This document shows positions 1-9,764 of a DNA stretch of 64,000 nt, piece after piece. A model generated the notes under the pieces. The model was not told the DNA's origin. It searched no databases and saw only the letters and a program-made list of their open reading frames with translations. Numbering within the stretch: the first letter of the stretch is position 1; each line of letters starts with the position of its first letter. Source of the DNA: Oscillospiraceae bacterium (GTDB lineage: Bacteria > Bacillota > Clostridia > Oscillospirales > Ruminococcaceae). The DNA is taken from NCBI GenBank assembly GCA_031284525.1, contig JAISZR010000001.1:51623-115622 (forward strand), in the 5' to 3' direction. A program made the translations under genes and the position numbers.

Positions 1-4
1 CGGG

Positions 5-208
5 GTGGATTTGTTTGTGGGACTTGCAGCTTACAAAGTTGGGAATGAAAAAAATACAGGGACAGCTGAGAGAGCTGAGTGGGTAAGTGGCGGAATAGAT
101 ACCCTAAAAAAACAAATCAAACTAATTCGAAGCAACCCAAAGTGCAGGGGATTTTATGTGTTTAGCCTTGAATCTTTGTTATCATTTAGTGAACTTTCTT
201 GGAATTAG
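5..208 (+). CDS. 3' end (last 67 codons) of a gene starting upstream of the window; product not assignable
   Basis: The open frame enters from the window edge and stops at 208. The fragment is too short for a family call. Confidence 0.3.
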   Translation: MDLFVGLAAYKVGNEKNTGTAERAEWVSGGIDTLKKQIKLIRSNPKCRGFYVFSLESLLSFSELSWN

Positions 209-289
209 TCAGTAAGCATGATAACTTGTACTTTAAAATAAGAATAAAGTTGAAAATAAATTTGTTGCTGTGGACTGGCGCTATAGCAC

Positions 290-318
290 TTGATTTTATT
301 GCGTGGTTGTGGTAGAAT
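290..318 (+). promoter_or_regulatory. Candidate sigma-70 promoter for the flagellar operon (TTGATT-17 nt-TAGAAT, with TGg extended -10)
   Basis: TTGATT at 290-295 and TAGAAT at 313-318, 17-nt spacer, TG two nt upstream of the -10. About 105 nt upstream of flgB. Confidence 0.4.
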
Positions 319-423
319 TACGACGGTGGTGTACGCTGAATGGTCATTTTAAACGGTCAATGTGATGGATTTCGGTATTGTTTTTGGTGTGTTGCTTGGT
401 AGTTCTTGGAGGTGTATTGGTGA

Positions 424-825
424 ATGGGAGATATATTCGGTGGTGTGGATGATGTCATAGCGAAGAGTTGGATTCTCAAAGATGAGGAGCAGATGTGGGT
501 CGTGACCGAAAATTTGGAGCGTAGCGACCTCCCTGGGTATAAAGCTAAAACGGTTTGCTTCAAAGACGAATTTTTGTCGAAGGCCGGGGGCTCTCGAGAG
601 ATGGATGAGAAGTGTCTCTCGGATATGTCGACGGGGAAAGAAAGTGGAACGGTTGTTTTTTGTAGCGAAATTAACCAAGATAATAGCACGTCTGTGTGTA
701 AGGACGGCAATAATGTTGATAAGACCAAGGAGATGGTCGATTTGGCTACATTGGAGAAAGAGATTCGGCTGCGTGATATGTGGATTTCTGGCCGGCTCGA
801 TGCCATGGAAAGCGTGTCGAGTTAG
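424..825 (+). CDS. flgB: Flagellar basal-body rod protein FlgB (divergent)
   Basis: GGAGGTG SD 9 nt upstream of the ATG. N-terminal VVTENLERSDLPGYKAK aligns to the rod motif (NIAN..TPGYK). C-terminal DGNNVDKTKEMVDLA matches the FlgB DGN.VD...E...L box. First gene of the cluster. Confidence 0.75.
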   Translation: MGDIFGGVDDVIAKSWILKDEEQMWVVTENLERSDLPGYKAKTVCFKDEFLSKAGGSREMDEKCLSDMSTGKESGTVVFCSEINQDNSTSVCKDGNNVDKTKEMVDLATLEKEIRLRDMWISGRLDAMESVSS

Positions 826-857
826 GGGCGGAGTTTGGTGATTAGGAGGTGGTTGGT

Positions 858-1382
858 TTGGCCGTAAAGGATTTCAGGTTAGTGGCGCGGCTTGGAACAT
901 TTGTTGAAACGAGCAAAGAGATGTTTGATAGAAGGGTCGAAAATTTGGTGAACAAGGATGTCTCTGGTTATAAGGCAAAATTCCCCGTGCTAGGCATACG
1001 GCCGTCGAATTCTGTGTTTGGCAAGAAGTTTCGTGGAGAGTTTGTGAGGGGGAGAAGTATGCGGACCGCGCGTGCAGCTGCGAATGGTGGTTTTGGCACT
1101 CTCGCGGACTCGATTGACGGCACAGGGTTTGACGCCGACGACGAATTGAGTGGAGCTGTTGTTATTGAAAAGATGCTCGAGGATCAGACGCCGTGTGAAC
1201 GTGAGTATGATCCAGAAAATCCTGAGGCCGATGAAGATGGCTGGGTTACAGGGTCGAATGTGAGTGAGACCAAAGAGCTTCTGGCGATGATTGATGCTGG
1301 AAGTGGTGTGGACGTGGGCCTTAGGGCGTTGAAGGTTGTTCTTGAGACAGGCGCGCAGAGTATCAACATGGGTAAAAGTTGA
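858..1382 (+). CDS. flgC: Flagellar basal-body rod protein FlgC (divergent, with internal insertion)
   Basis: The ORF-track start at 849 overlaps the AGGAGG SD; a TTG at 858 sits 8 nt after it. N-terminal ENLVNKDVSGYK and C-terminal GSNVSETKELLAMIDAGSG resemble the FlgC SNV..V.EMV.MI box. Position after flgB. Confidence 0.7.
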   Translation: MAVKDFRLVARLGTFVETSKEMFDRRVENLVNKDVSGYKAKFPVLGIRPSNSVFGKKFRGEFVRGRSMRTARAAANGGFGTLADSIDGTGFDADDELSGAVVIEKMLEDQTPCEREYDPENPEADEDGWVTGSNVSETKELLAMIDAGSGVDVGLRALKVVLETGAQSINMGKS

Positions 1383-1432
1383 TGGATAATGAGGAGCGAG
1401 GGAAGATTGGATGCGGATTGGGGTGATTAGTC

Positions 1433-1942
1433 GTGAGTTTGTTTTTTGATTCCTCTTTGGTTTCTCGAGGTCCTGTGAACGGTGCTGGTGGTAGTGTTGC
1501 CGCGGGTGTCAATCAGGAGGCTTCTGAGTGGCTAAAAGAGAAGGCAGCTTGGGATCGGGCCCTTTTTATGGCAAATCTTGTGCATGATTCCGGTGAATCT
1601 GCGACCGCGCTAGGCGGTGTTAGTGTGCCGAAAGATGTTGCCCAAGGGGCCGCCGCCCGGGAGTATTCAGAGGGCTCTGATGTTGTTGCTGCTGCCTTGC
1701 AAGAGCCGAGCCCTTCTGGTTCTGGTTTTGCGGATGCCATCAAAGACATTTTTGTGGATGCGAGTGCCGGCGAACAACAGCGCCTACAAAATGGCTGGGC
1801 TGCCATGTCGAAGCACGGGGATATTTCTGTGGCGGAACTGGCGCTTGAGCAAAGAAAGCAGTTTATAAGGGTTAAATTGGCGAAAATGGTGTTGGACAAG
1901 GCGGCTGGTGCGTTAAAGGAGATACTCAGCATACAGGTCTGA
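1433..1942 (+). CDS. fliE: Flagellar hook-basal body complex protein FliE (169 aa, N-terminally extended)
   Basis: C-terminal ...ELALEQRKQFIRVKLAKMVLDKAAGALKEILSIQV parallels the FliE end (...RNK..EAYQEIMRMQV). Position between flgC and fliF. Confidence 0.65.
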   Translation: MSLFFDSSLVSRGPVNGAGGSVAAGVNQEASEWLKEKAAWDRALFMANLVHDSGESATALGGVSVPKDVAQGAAAREYSEGSDVVAAALQEPSPSGSGFADAIKDIFVDASAGEQQRLQNGWAAMSKHGDISVAELALEQRKQFIRVKLAKMVLDKAAGALKEILSIQV

Positions 1943-2005
1943 AGAAGCTAAGTTTGGTGATGGTCTGGACGGCTTGGGTAAATTGCGCTTGGTGGGAGTT
2001 TGGGT

Positions 2006-3781
2006 ATGAAATTTGATCTGAAAAGCTATTGGCAAAAAGCGTTGGATTTCTGGAGTGCACAGGACAAGAAGAGGAAAATTGTGTATGCTTCGATTGCCGG
2101 TGGCGCGGTTGCCCTCTCGGTTTTGCTTCCTGTGTTGCTTTCCGGTTCTGGGGCGAATGTTAAACTCTATGCCGCTGGTTCTTTGAGTGCTACCGAGGCC
2201 CCCGCTGTTGTTGGTCGGCTTCAGGGTTTGGGGATGGATGCCGCTCTGGAAAATGATGGTAGCGTTAGCGTTCCTAAAAAAGATATGCCCAAGGCTACGA
2301 TGCAGCTTTCTGTGGCTGGTTTTACAAAGGTCCCGTATAGCTATGACCTGTTTAAAGGGAACACTTCGTTGCTTTCTTCAGAGAGTGATAAGAAGAACGT
2401 CCTTTTGTGGCAGACACAAGCTAGGTTAGAGGAAGCAATAGGATCGCTTGAGGGTGTTCGCAGTGCCCAAGTCCAGATTGTCCCCCCAGCGACCAGCGTG
2501 TATGTTTTGGAGGGCGACAAACAACAGGCTACTGCTGCGGTTTCTTTGAAGCTTGACGGTTTGGTGCAAACCCTTTCGCCGGAACAGATTGAAGGAATTG
2601 AATCTTTGATGGCGCACAGTGTGCCTGGATTAACGCGTGAAAACGTGACTGTGGTTGGGCCGGATGGCGTTGTTTTGAAGTCGAGGGCCGACGCAACCCA
2701 CGACAAAAAAAGTGATGACTTCACTCTAGAGCAAAGGTATGCAGCGTATATCCGAGCAAGCATAATGGATATCTTGGAAGATAGTTTTGGGAAAGGTAAT
2801 GTGCGGGTTTCTGTAAAAAGTTCAGTGGATTCTAATGCTGTGAAGGTTCACGATACGGCGTACACTCCGACGGTTGGCGAAGATAGAGGGATTTTGCAGA
2901 CTAGAGACGAGCGCACGGAGTCAAGGACTTCGAAGAAAGCAGAACCGGCTGCCCTTGGTAGTGTTGAGGGAAACGCCGAGGTTTTGACTTACCAGAATCA
3001 GGAAGAAGAATCCGGAACAGATTCCGGCGCAAAGCAAGATTTGCACGAGGATTACCTAGTGAACAAAAGAGAACAGGAGACAATCAGGAGCACACCCGCT
3101 GTGCAAGCAGTTTCTGTGGCTGTTATGATCAACAGGCCGACTATGACGCCGCAGGAAAAGGCGGATGTTAGCCGGGCAGCGGCGAAAACAGCCGGGATTT
3201 CTGAGGATGAGGTGGTGGTTATCAACATGGCATTTCCGAATGTTAGTGGGCTTGATACAAGCCTGACCTTCAGAGAATTCCTTGCAACACCGATCGGGAT
3301 GGTTGTTTTGGTTCTTTCTGTTTCGGTTGTTGGTCTGGCGGCTGCGATGGCGATTGCTTTCATCAGATCTAGGAAGAGGAATGCACAGCTGGCGGAGCCC
3401 GGTGGTCTTGCTCAGGGAGCTGGTTTGTCAAAATATGTGCCGGAATTCCCAGCGGTGAATGCCGCTGAAACTGGTCTTGCCCAAAACTTGGAAGAGATTT
3501 CCGGTAGGGAAGACGAAGGGGGGTTGGATACTTCTTTGCTCAGCACGATTCAGGAGGCAAAAGACCTAGGTGTTAGTGCCGCCTTGGCCGATGTTGCTTT
3601 GAGGCAGGAAGTGGCTGCCGAACACGAGGTAGCTGAGGATTCTTTGCCGGGATACAGTGCGTCGGAAGGTTTGCAGGAGAAAAAAGAACCAAGTCTTTTG
3701 GAGAACGTTTTGGAATTTGTCAATGAGAATTCTGAGATAGCTTCTCAGTTTATTAGGGTTTGGGTTAAAAGTGAGGAATAA
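2006..3781 (+). CDS. fliF: Flagellar M-ring protein FliF
   Basis: ATG at 2006 lies 7 nt after GGTGGGAG. N-terminal TM segment, large periplasmic region, second TM (IGMVVLVLSVSVVGLAAAMAIAFI) and acidic C-terminal tail. Position before fliG. Confidence 0.85.
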   Translation: MKFDLKSYWQKALDFWSAQDKKRKIVYASIAGGAVALSVLLPVLLSGSGANVKLYAAGSLSATEAPAVVGRLQGLGMDAALENDGSVSVPKKDMPKATMQLSVAGFTKVPYSYDLFKGNTSLLSSESDKKNVLLWQTQARLEEAIGSLEGVRSAQVQIVPPATSVYVLEGDKQQATAAVSLKLDGLVQTLSPEQIEGIESLMAHSVPGLTRENVTVVGPDGVVLKSRADATHDKKSDDFTLEQRYAAYIRASIMDILEDSFGKGNVRVSVKSSVDSNAVKVHDTAYTPTVGEDRGILQTRDERTESRTSKKAEPAALGSVEGNAEVLTYQNQEEESGTDSGAKQDLHEDYLVNKREQETIRSTPAVQAVSVAVMINRPTMTPQEKADVSRAAAKTAGISEDEVVVINMAFPNVSGLDTSLTFREFLATPIGMVVLVLSVSVVGLAAAMAIAFIRSRKRNAQLAEPGGLAQGAGLSKYVPEFPAVNAAETGLAQNLEEISGREDEGGLDTSLLSTIQEAKDLGVSAALADVALRQEVAAEHEVAEDSLPGYSASEGLQEKKEPSLLENVLEFVNENSEIASQFIRVWVKSEE

Positions 3782-3786
3782 AGAAG

Positions 3787-4794
3787 ATGTCGAATTTGTC
3801 CCCAAAGACGAAAGCTGCGATAGTGGTTGTGGCTGTTGGCCGGAAATATGCATCCGAAATTTATAAGCACCTTGGAGAGGATGAAATTAGGCGTTTGACT
3901 TTAGAAGTTGCACGTCTTGGTGATGTTACCGATGAAACGCTTCAGGAGACTCTGAGGGAGTTTTATTCCCTGTGTCTATCTAAGAAAATGTTCGCAGAGG
4001 GCGGTTTGGACTACGCAAGGCAGATGTTGGAAGACGCTTTCGGTCATAAAATTGCAGATGGATATTTGCGGCAGATTGAAGAGATGATGGACTCGAATTC
4101 TCTGAACATAATAAGAAACCTCGATGAGAGGGCTCTGATGAATGTTATTCAGGACGAAAATCCACAGACTGTGGCCTTTATTCTCTCGAATGCTAAGCCG
4201 GAACAAGTTTCGGCAGTTGTTTCAAAGCTTCCGAATGAAAAAAGGGTGGATGTGGTTTCTAGGATAGCTAGGATAGACAGGATTTCTAAGAATGTGCTCA
4301 GGGAAATGGAAAGGTTGATTGCGCAAAAGCTAAAGAGTGTTATGCAAGGCGGTAATAGCTCCGCGTTAGATGGTGTTGGGTATGTTGCAGATGTCATAAA
4401 TAGTGTTGATGTTAGGGTTGAAAAGAGCATTTTGGAGGGGATTGCGCAAAAGGATCCTGGACTTAGTGAAGAGATAATCAAAAGAATGTTTGTGTTTGAA
4501 GATATTCTTGCTCTGGATTCCGCTGCTGTTCAGAAGGTATTGCGTGATGTTGATAGGCGTGACCTAGCTCTTGCTGTTAAAGGAGCGAGCGACGAGATTG
4601 TTGAGTATATTTTTTCGAATATTTCTCAGCGCATCGTGGAAGAGATAAGAGAAGAAATTTCGTATATGACTAAAGTCAGACTTTCGGATGTGGAGGGGGC
4701 TCAGCAGAAGATTGTTCAGGTGATAAGGAACCTGGAAAAATCTGGTGAGATAGTGGTCGAAAAGTCCGGGGAAGGACGTGATTTGGTTGTCTAG
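3787..4794 (+). CDS. fliG: Flagellar motor switch protein FliG
   Basis: 335 aa. N-terminal AAIVVVAVGRKYASEIYKHLGEDEIRRLTLEVARL is typical of FliG, as is the MFVFEDI motif in the C-terminal domain. Confidence 0.95.
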   Translation: MSNLSPKTKAAIVVVAVGRKYASEIYKHLGEDEIRRLTLEVARLGDVTDETLQETLREFYSLCLSKKMFAEGGLDYARQMLEDAFGHKIADGYLRQIEEMMDSNSLNIIRNLDERALMNVIQDENPQTVAFILSNAKPEQVSAVVSKLPNEKRVDVVSRIARIDRISKNVLREMERLIAQKLKSVMQGGNSSALDGVGYVADVINSVDVRVEKSILEGIAQKDPGLSEEIIKRMFVFEDILALDSAAVQKVLRDVDRRDLALAVKGASDEIVEYIFSNISQRIVEEIREEISYMTKVRLSDVEGAQQKIVQVIRNLEKSGEIVVEKSGEGRDLVV

Positions 4795-5692
4795 GGTCAT
4801 AAAGTCGTCTCAGACTAAAGAAATTTGGGGAGATCTCGCGGCAAGGCGATTGGAAGTTTCGGATGTTGTTTTTTGCCATGAATTTGACGCTATTTTGGAA
4901 TCTGCGGGTGACAAGCCTTATACAACCAGTATAGAAGAACTCAAAAAACAGGCTCAAGGGGTGGAAAATGCGCAGTTAACACAGGATGTGGAGACCAGTG
5001 TTGCCGCGAGTAGAGATCTTTTGGGTGTTGCTGATAAACTTTTAAGTGATGCTAGGGTTGCATATAGGAAGGTGATCAAAAAAGCAGCAGAAGATGCTGC
5101 CGTTTTGGTTGCCAGAAAGAAGAAAGATCTTGTCAGGTTAGAGCGTGAGCTTAGAAAGAGATTGCGTGAGGGCTATAAGGCTGGGATGTGCAGTGGATAC
5201 GAAGAGGGATATAACCTTGGCCGAAAAGTTGGAATAGAAGAAAAGAAACAGCAAATGGGTGAAATAATTGCTGAATTGAAAAGTGCCGTTGACCGTATTA
5301 ATCTGAAACAGGCGGATATGTTGAAAAGATACGAAGAAGAAGTGGTGGATTTGGCGTTCAGTATAGCGCAAAAGGTTACAAGAACTATTGTTGACAAAGA
5401 TAAGAGTGTTTATGCGAATATTGCTAAAGCGGTCCTTAGTGACTTCAGGGAGCTCAAGTGGGTCTCGCTAACAGTCCCGGATGCTGAGGTTAAGGAAATG
5501 CTTTCGGTTGGTGAGAAGTTGCTGGGGGATGCGGTTGTAGGGCTTAAAAATGTGAGGATTAGCGTTGCGGATGACGCGGATGAAAAGGATTCAGAAGCGA
5601 CATTGCTGATTGATACCCCGATAGAGCTGATTGATGCGAGTCCAGAAACACAGATCAGAAATATTAGGAGCAGGTTGAAGATGGCTTTGTGA
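4778..5692 (+). CDS. fliH: Flagellar assembly protein FliH (export ATPase regulator)
   Basis: Charged coiled-coil central region. Position between fliG and fliI; overlaps the fliG stop. The start codon is uncertain. Confidence 0.7.
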   Translation: MIWLSRVIKSSQTKEIWGDLAARRLEVSDVVFCHEFDAILESAGDKPYTTSIEELKKQAQGVENAQLTQDVETSVAASRDLLGVADKLLSDARVAYRKVIKKAAEDAAVLVARKKKDLVRLERELRKRLREGYKAGMCSGYEEGYNLGRKVGIEEKKQQMGEIIAELKSAVDRINLKQADMLKRYEEEVVDLAFSIAQKVTRTIVDKDKSVYANIAKAVLSDFRELKWVSLTVPDAEVKEMLSVGEKLLGDAVVGLKNVRISVADDADEKDSEATLLIDTPIELIDASPETQIRNIRSRLKMAL

Positions 5693-5701
5693 GGGATTCG
5701 G

Positions 5702-7012
5702 ATGATAGATTTTATGACTTGCAGGGAAATGCTCAAGAGTAAAGAGTTCTATACTTTTTTGGGAAAGGTCGATAGAGTTGTTGGGTTGACTATCGAATCA
5801 ACCGGTCCTAGGGCGCGTATTGGTGATGTTTGTAAGATATATGGGAGCAAGAAAGATAGTCGGGTTTATCTTGCCGAGGTTATTGGGTTTAAGGCGGATA
5901 GAGTGTTGCTTGTGCCATATGAGGATATGAATGGTGTAGGGTTTAATTATTTTGTGGAAAACACAAGGCAAAAACTCGAGATTCCTGTTAGCGATGATCT
6001 CATCGGTCGGGTGATAAGCCCTCTTGGGAAATCGATGGATGAGAAAGGGGAGTTAGTTGCTGAGACGCGATATAGTGTTGAAGCTACAAACCAGAATCCA
6101 TTGATGCGATCTAGGATCAAAGAAGTACTTCATTTTGGGATTAAGGCAATTGACGGGATGTTGACAATTGGCAAAGGTCAGCGGGTAGGGATATTTTCTG
6201 GTAGTGGCGTTGGTAAAAGTACTTTGTTGGGAATGATTGCTAGAAATGCGAAATCTGACGTTAATGTGATTGCACTCGTGGGCGAGAGGGGTCGTGAGGT
6301 CCGGGAATTCATTGAGAAAGACTTGGGAAAAGAGGGAATGGAACGGTCGATTTTGGTGGTTGCGACCTCGGATCAGCCGGCGATGATGAGGGTTAAGTGC
6401 GCATTGACTGCCTCTGCCGTTGCTGAATATTTCAAAGATCAGGGCAGAGATGTTTTGTTGATGATGGATTCTCTGACGCGGTTCGCGATGGCGCAAAGAG
6501 AGGTTGGACTGTCAGCCGGCGAACCACCAGTTGCCAGAGGGTACACGCCCTCGATTTACGCGGCGATGCCGAAGCTTTTGGAACGAGCAGGTAGTTTTGA
6601 AAAGGGTTCTATAACCGCTTTGTATACAGTTCTTGTTGAGGGAGATGACACTAATGAACCGATATCTGATACTGTTAGGGGAATTGTGGACGGGCACATC
6701 ATTCTCTCGAGAGACATAGCGAGCAGAAACCATTACCCATCAATTGATATTTTGTCGAGTATCAGCAGGCTTATGAACGACATTGTTGTGCCCGAAGAGA
6801 AAGAATTGGCTGGCAGGATTAGGGAGATTATGGCGCTTTATTATGCAAATTATGATCTCATAACGATAGGCGCATATAAGCCGGGGATTAACGGCAAGCT
6901 CGATGGTGCGGTATCCCGGATTGAGCGGGTGAATGCCTTTTTGAGACAAGGTGTGGAGGAATCTTTTAGCAGGGAAGAAGTTGTCAACATGATGAGGGAA
7001 GTGCTTGCTTAG
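5702..7012 (+). CDS. fliI: Flagellum-specific ATP synthase FliI
   Basis: Walker A GSGVGKST, Walker B LLMMDSLTR, F1/T3SS-ATPase-like throughout. 436 aa. Confidence 0.97.
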   Translation: MIDFMTCREMLKSKEFYTFLGKVDRVVGLTIESTGPRARIGDVCKIYGSKKDSRVYLAEVIGFKADRVLLVPYEDMNGVGFNYFVENTRQKLEIPVSDDLIGRVISPLGKSMDEKGELVAETRYSVEATNQNPLMRSRIKEVLHFGIKAIDGMLTIGKGQRVGIFSGSGVGKSTLLGMIARNAKSDVNVIALVGERGREVREFIEKDLGKEGMERSILVVATSDQPAMMRVKCALTASAVAEYFKDQGRDVLLMMDSLTRFAMAQREVGLSAGEPPVARGYTPSIYAAMPKLLERAGSFEKGSITALYTVLVEGDDTNEPISDTVRGIVDGHIILSRDIASRNHYPSIDILSSISRLMNDIVVPEEKELAGRIREIMALYYANYDLITIGAYKPGINGKLDGAVSRIERVNAFLRQGVEESFSREEVVNMMREVLA

Positions 7013-7452
7013 TGGTGGGTTTCAATTTTCCGTTGCAGAAGGTTCTCGAATATAGAAGGCAGTTGCTTGGCGTTGAGCAGAGCAGACTAGCCACGATAAA
7101 GCAGGAGCTTCTTAAGCTTGAAAGTAAGAGGGAGCAGCTTTTGCAAAGCATTAAGGTTGCTGAGATGGTTTTTGCAGAAAAGTCGAGATGTGGCATTGAA
7201 GTGACGAAATATAAGTTACATATGGATTATGTCCACAGTATAATGCGGAGCCTCGACGTTGTGGATGCCGGGATTTCTGAGGTGAAAATTCGCAGAGACA
7301 GGCAGTTGGAGGCTGTTGTGAGGGCCAACAAAGATCTTCGGATGTTGGAGAAGTTGCGCGAAAAGGACTTTTTGGAGTATAATGAGGCGTTGGCCAAACG
7401 TGAGGAGCGGATGATCGAGGAGTTTGTTAATAATCTTAGCGTTGGCGGATGA
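7012..7452 (+). CDS. fliJ: Flagellar export chaperone FliJ
   Basis: 146-aa coiled-coil protein starting FNFPLQKVLEYRR (FliJ signature). GTG overlaps the fliI stop by 1 nt. Confidence 0.85.
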   Translation: MVGFNFPLQKVLEYRRQLLGVEQSRLATIKQELLKLESKREQLLQSIKVAEMVFAEKSRCGIEVTKYKLHMDYVHSIMRSLDVVDAGISEVKIRRDRQLEAVVRANKDLRMLEKLREKDFLEYNEALAKREERMIEEFVNNLSVGG

Positions 7453-7471
7453 AAAAATGCAGTGAAGGGAG

Positions 7472-8788
7472 GTGAGAATAGTGAATGGAATTAACGTAAA
7501 ATCAGAAATTTTTAGTGCTGATTTAGTAGCCTGTGTGTCGGGTAGGTCGCAGGGCTCGAGTGAGCGAAGTTTCGCTGAAGTTGTTGCAAGTGCCGGGAGT
7601 GTGTCTGCTGAACGCCGTGAGGTTTCGTGGAAGCAGTTGTTGGGGTCTGGTGTTGTTAGAGACAGTATGTGCGAGCGTCACAAAGATGTTGATGTTCAGA
7701 GGCCTAGCGGGAACGACGGTTCGTTGCGAACTGACAAGAGTTGTGATGACGCTACTGAGTCCGAGTCTTCGGCTGTGTGTGCTGACGAGGCCGCAAACGA
7801 CGAGGAGCGGGGTGCCGAGGAGTTAATTGCTTTGTTGGTTTTCAATAAAAGGCAGCCGGCGGATAGAAAAGATGATGTGCCGTTGGTGATGACTGTGTTG
7901 GATTGCCCTCGCGTGTTGTTACCCAAATCCCCAGATGTTTCGGAGCAGGAAGCTAGTGAGAGTCTAGCTAATGCCGCAATGACAGCGGCACAAGGGCCGG
8001 GAGATGGTGTGTTGCAAGGCGCGGAGTTGGCCGAGGTTTTGGCGCTGCAGCAGTCCTCACAGCCCGGTATCATTGAGCCGGCCGTGTTCAGTGAGTTTGT
8101 GAAAGAAGATGGGCTGAAGGTTGTGGTTAAGGATTCGCCGGAAAGCGATGATGGCTCGTTGTCTACCGCGGAGCAGCTGAGTCACAATGTGATGACTGTG
8201 TCAGAGACCGAAGCTGGGTTGGAGCAACAGGGTGAGGATGAGCAATTTGGCTTGGAGCATGACGGTGCGCAGACTTTCGAGTCTGATCTAGAGAGTTCTG
8301 ATGCGCCGAAATTGGGTGATGTAAATCCGCTGAGTTTTGAGCCAGTTGGCCACGCTGAGGTTGGGGCGGCAAAGCCTGAGTTGGTTGAGCCCGAAGTTAT
8401 CACGCGGCAGATTGTGGCTGAGGTTGAAAACGCGGTGAGGAATGCGGCCGAAACTGGATCGATTAGGCTCGAGATGAGTTTGGAGCCGAAGGAACTTGGT
8501 AAGCTGGTAATTGCGCTTTCGATGGAAAATGGAAGGGTTGCGATGCTCAGAATCCAAGCTGAAAATAGTCAGACTAGGGTGCTTCTTGAAAGGTATGCTG
8601 CGGGACTTGAGAAGAAATTTGAAGGCAGCACCGTTAAGATTGAAACCTTGGACGCGAATAGCTTTGAATCGGGCCATGCCAAAGACGCGATGGGAAGTGG
8701 GCAAAAAGATAACCTTGATGAGCAAAAGCAAAGGCAACGTACGATCTTGATGGAGCGGCGTGTTGAAGAATTTGCTTTGAGTTGTTAG
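7472..8788 (+). CDS. fliK: Flagellar hook-length control protein FliK
   Basis: Long acidic low-complexity N-terminal part. The C-terminal region IRLEMSLEPKELGKLVIALSMENGRVAMLRIQAENSQTRVLLE matches the Flg_hook domain. The true start may be the GTG at 7481. Confidence 0.8.
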   Translation: MRIVNGINVKSEIFSADLVACVSGRSQGSSERSFAEVVASAGSVSAERREVSWKQLLGSGVVRDSMCERHKDVDVQRPSGNDGSLRTDKSCDDATESESSAVCADEAANDEERGAEELIALLVFNKRQPADRKDDVPLVMTVLDCPRVLLPKSPDVSEQEASESLANAAMTAAQGPGDGVLQGAELAEVLALQQSSQPGIIEPAVFSEFVKEDGLKVVVKDSPESDDGSLSTAEQLSHNVMTVSETEAGLEQQGEDEQFGLEHDGAQTFESDLESSDAPKLGDVNPLSFEPVGHAEVGAAKPELVEPEVITRQIVAEVENAVRNAAETGSIRLEMSLEPKELGKLVIALSMENGRVAMLRIQAENSQTRVLLERYAAGLEKKFEGSTVKIETLDANSFESGHAKDAMGSGQKDNLDEQKQRQRTILMERRVEEFALSC

Positions 8789-8821
8789 GATTTTTTAGTT
8801 TAATGTAAAGGTGGTGATTTT

Positions 8822-9706
8822 ATGCCAAAGGTTTCTAGTGCAGAAAAGAAGCAATACCTAGATGACATTGTGAGTGATCCGGCTGCACGCGGCAAGCGAA
8901 ATGCGCACGGCACAAGGGAGCGCAGGGGGTCAAGCGAGATTACACCGGAGGACTTGTGGAAGATTCAGGCTGCCGAAATTAAGGGCAGGGCTGCGACTAC
9001 TCTTTTTGGTGATGGCGATAAAGGCGGCGGCGGTAGTGGCGTGTTGAGTGTGTTAGAGACTCAGCAGAAAGCTGTGGCGAACAAACTGGCAACCGAGAGC
9101 AACGAGATTCAAAAATTTCAGATTGCTTCTAACCTACTTGGCAAGGATGTTGTTGTTAGGGAGTTGCGTTCTGGAAAATTTGAAGCGGTAACCGGCCTTG
9201 TGGACTTTGTTCAGCTTTCAAACGATAAAAAGAAGGAAGCGCAGGTCAGCGTCAACGGAAAGTTGTATCCTCTGTCCGCCATTCGTGGTTTGGGTGATGT
9301 TGAGAAGGCAGCCGCAGCCAAAAAAGACAGTGTCTATGACGCCAAAATCAAGCGGATTGAGTCCTTGCTGGATGATGCAAAAATCGTATCAGAGGAAATC
9401 GAGTCTCATCGGGCCGAGTGGGGTACACAGTTCTATTGGTACAGGAAACGAGAGCTTGCCCGCATAAAACAAGACGCGAACAAGCAGCTGACAGAGCAAC
9501 GGCAGGCTGTCACGGCGGCGGAAGCTGCGTGTGCTCGTGACACGGGCGTTGGTGGAGCAGGCATGGACGAAGCGGCCAAGGCGAAAAAGAAAGAACTTGT
9601 CGATTTAATGGTTTCTGAGAGGCGAATTTTGCAACGCACTGAAGAGTGCAAGGCGGAGATAGATCGGCTGCACGACCAAGCAAGTCTTGCGCCGAAGGGA
9701 CCGTGA
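8822..9706 (+). CDS. flgD: Flagellar hook capping protein FlgD with C-terminal coiled-coil extension
   Basis: The central block NEIQKFQIASNLLGKDVVV...VTGLVDFVQL...VSVNGKLYPLSAI matches the FlgD core. Position between fliK and flgE. About 110 extra C-terminal residues. Confidence 0.7.
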   Translation: MPKVSSAEKKQYLDDIVSDPAARGKRNAHGTRERRGSSEITPEDLWKIQAAEIKGRAATTLFGDGDKGGGGSGVLSVLETQQKAVANKLATESNEIQKFQIASNLLGKDVVVRELRSGKFEAVTGLVDFVQLSNDKKKEAQVSVNGKLYPLSAIRGLGDVEKAAAAKKDSVYDAKIKRIESLLDDAKIVSEEIESHRAEWGTQFYWYRKRELARIKQDANKQLTEQRQAVTAAEAACARDTGVGGAGMDEAAKAKKKELVDLMVSERRILQRTEECKAEIDRLHDQASLAPKGP

Positions 9707-9764
9707 ACGCCACGTGAATTTGACTTTTGTGCGATAAATTGTTGAGGAAAGGAGGGGTTGGAAC

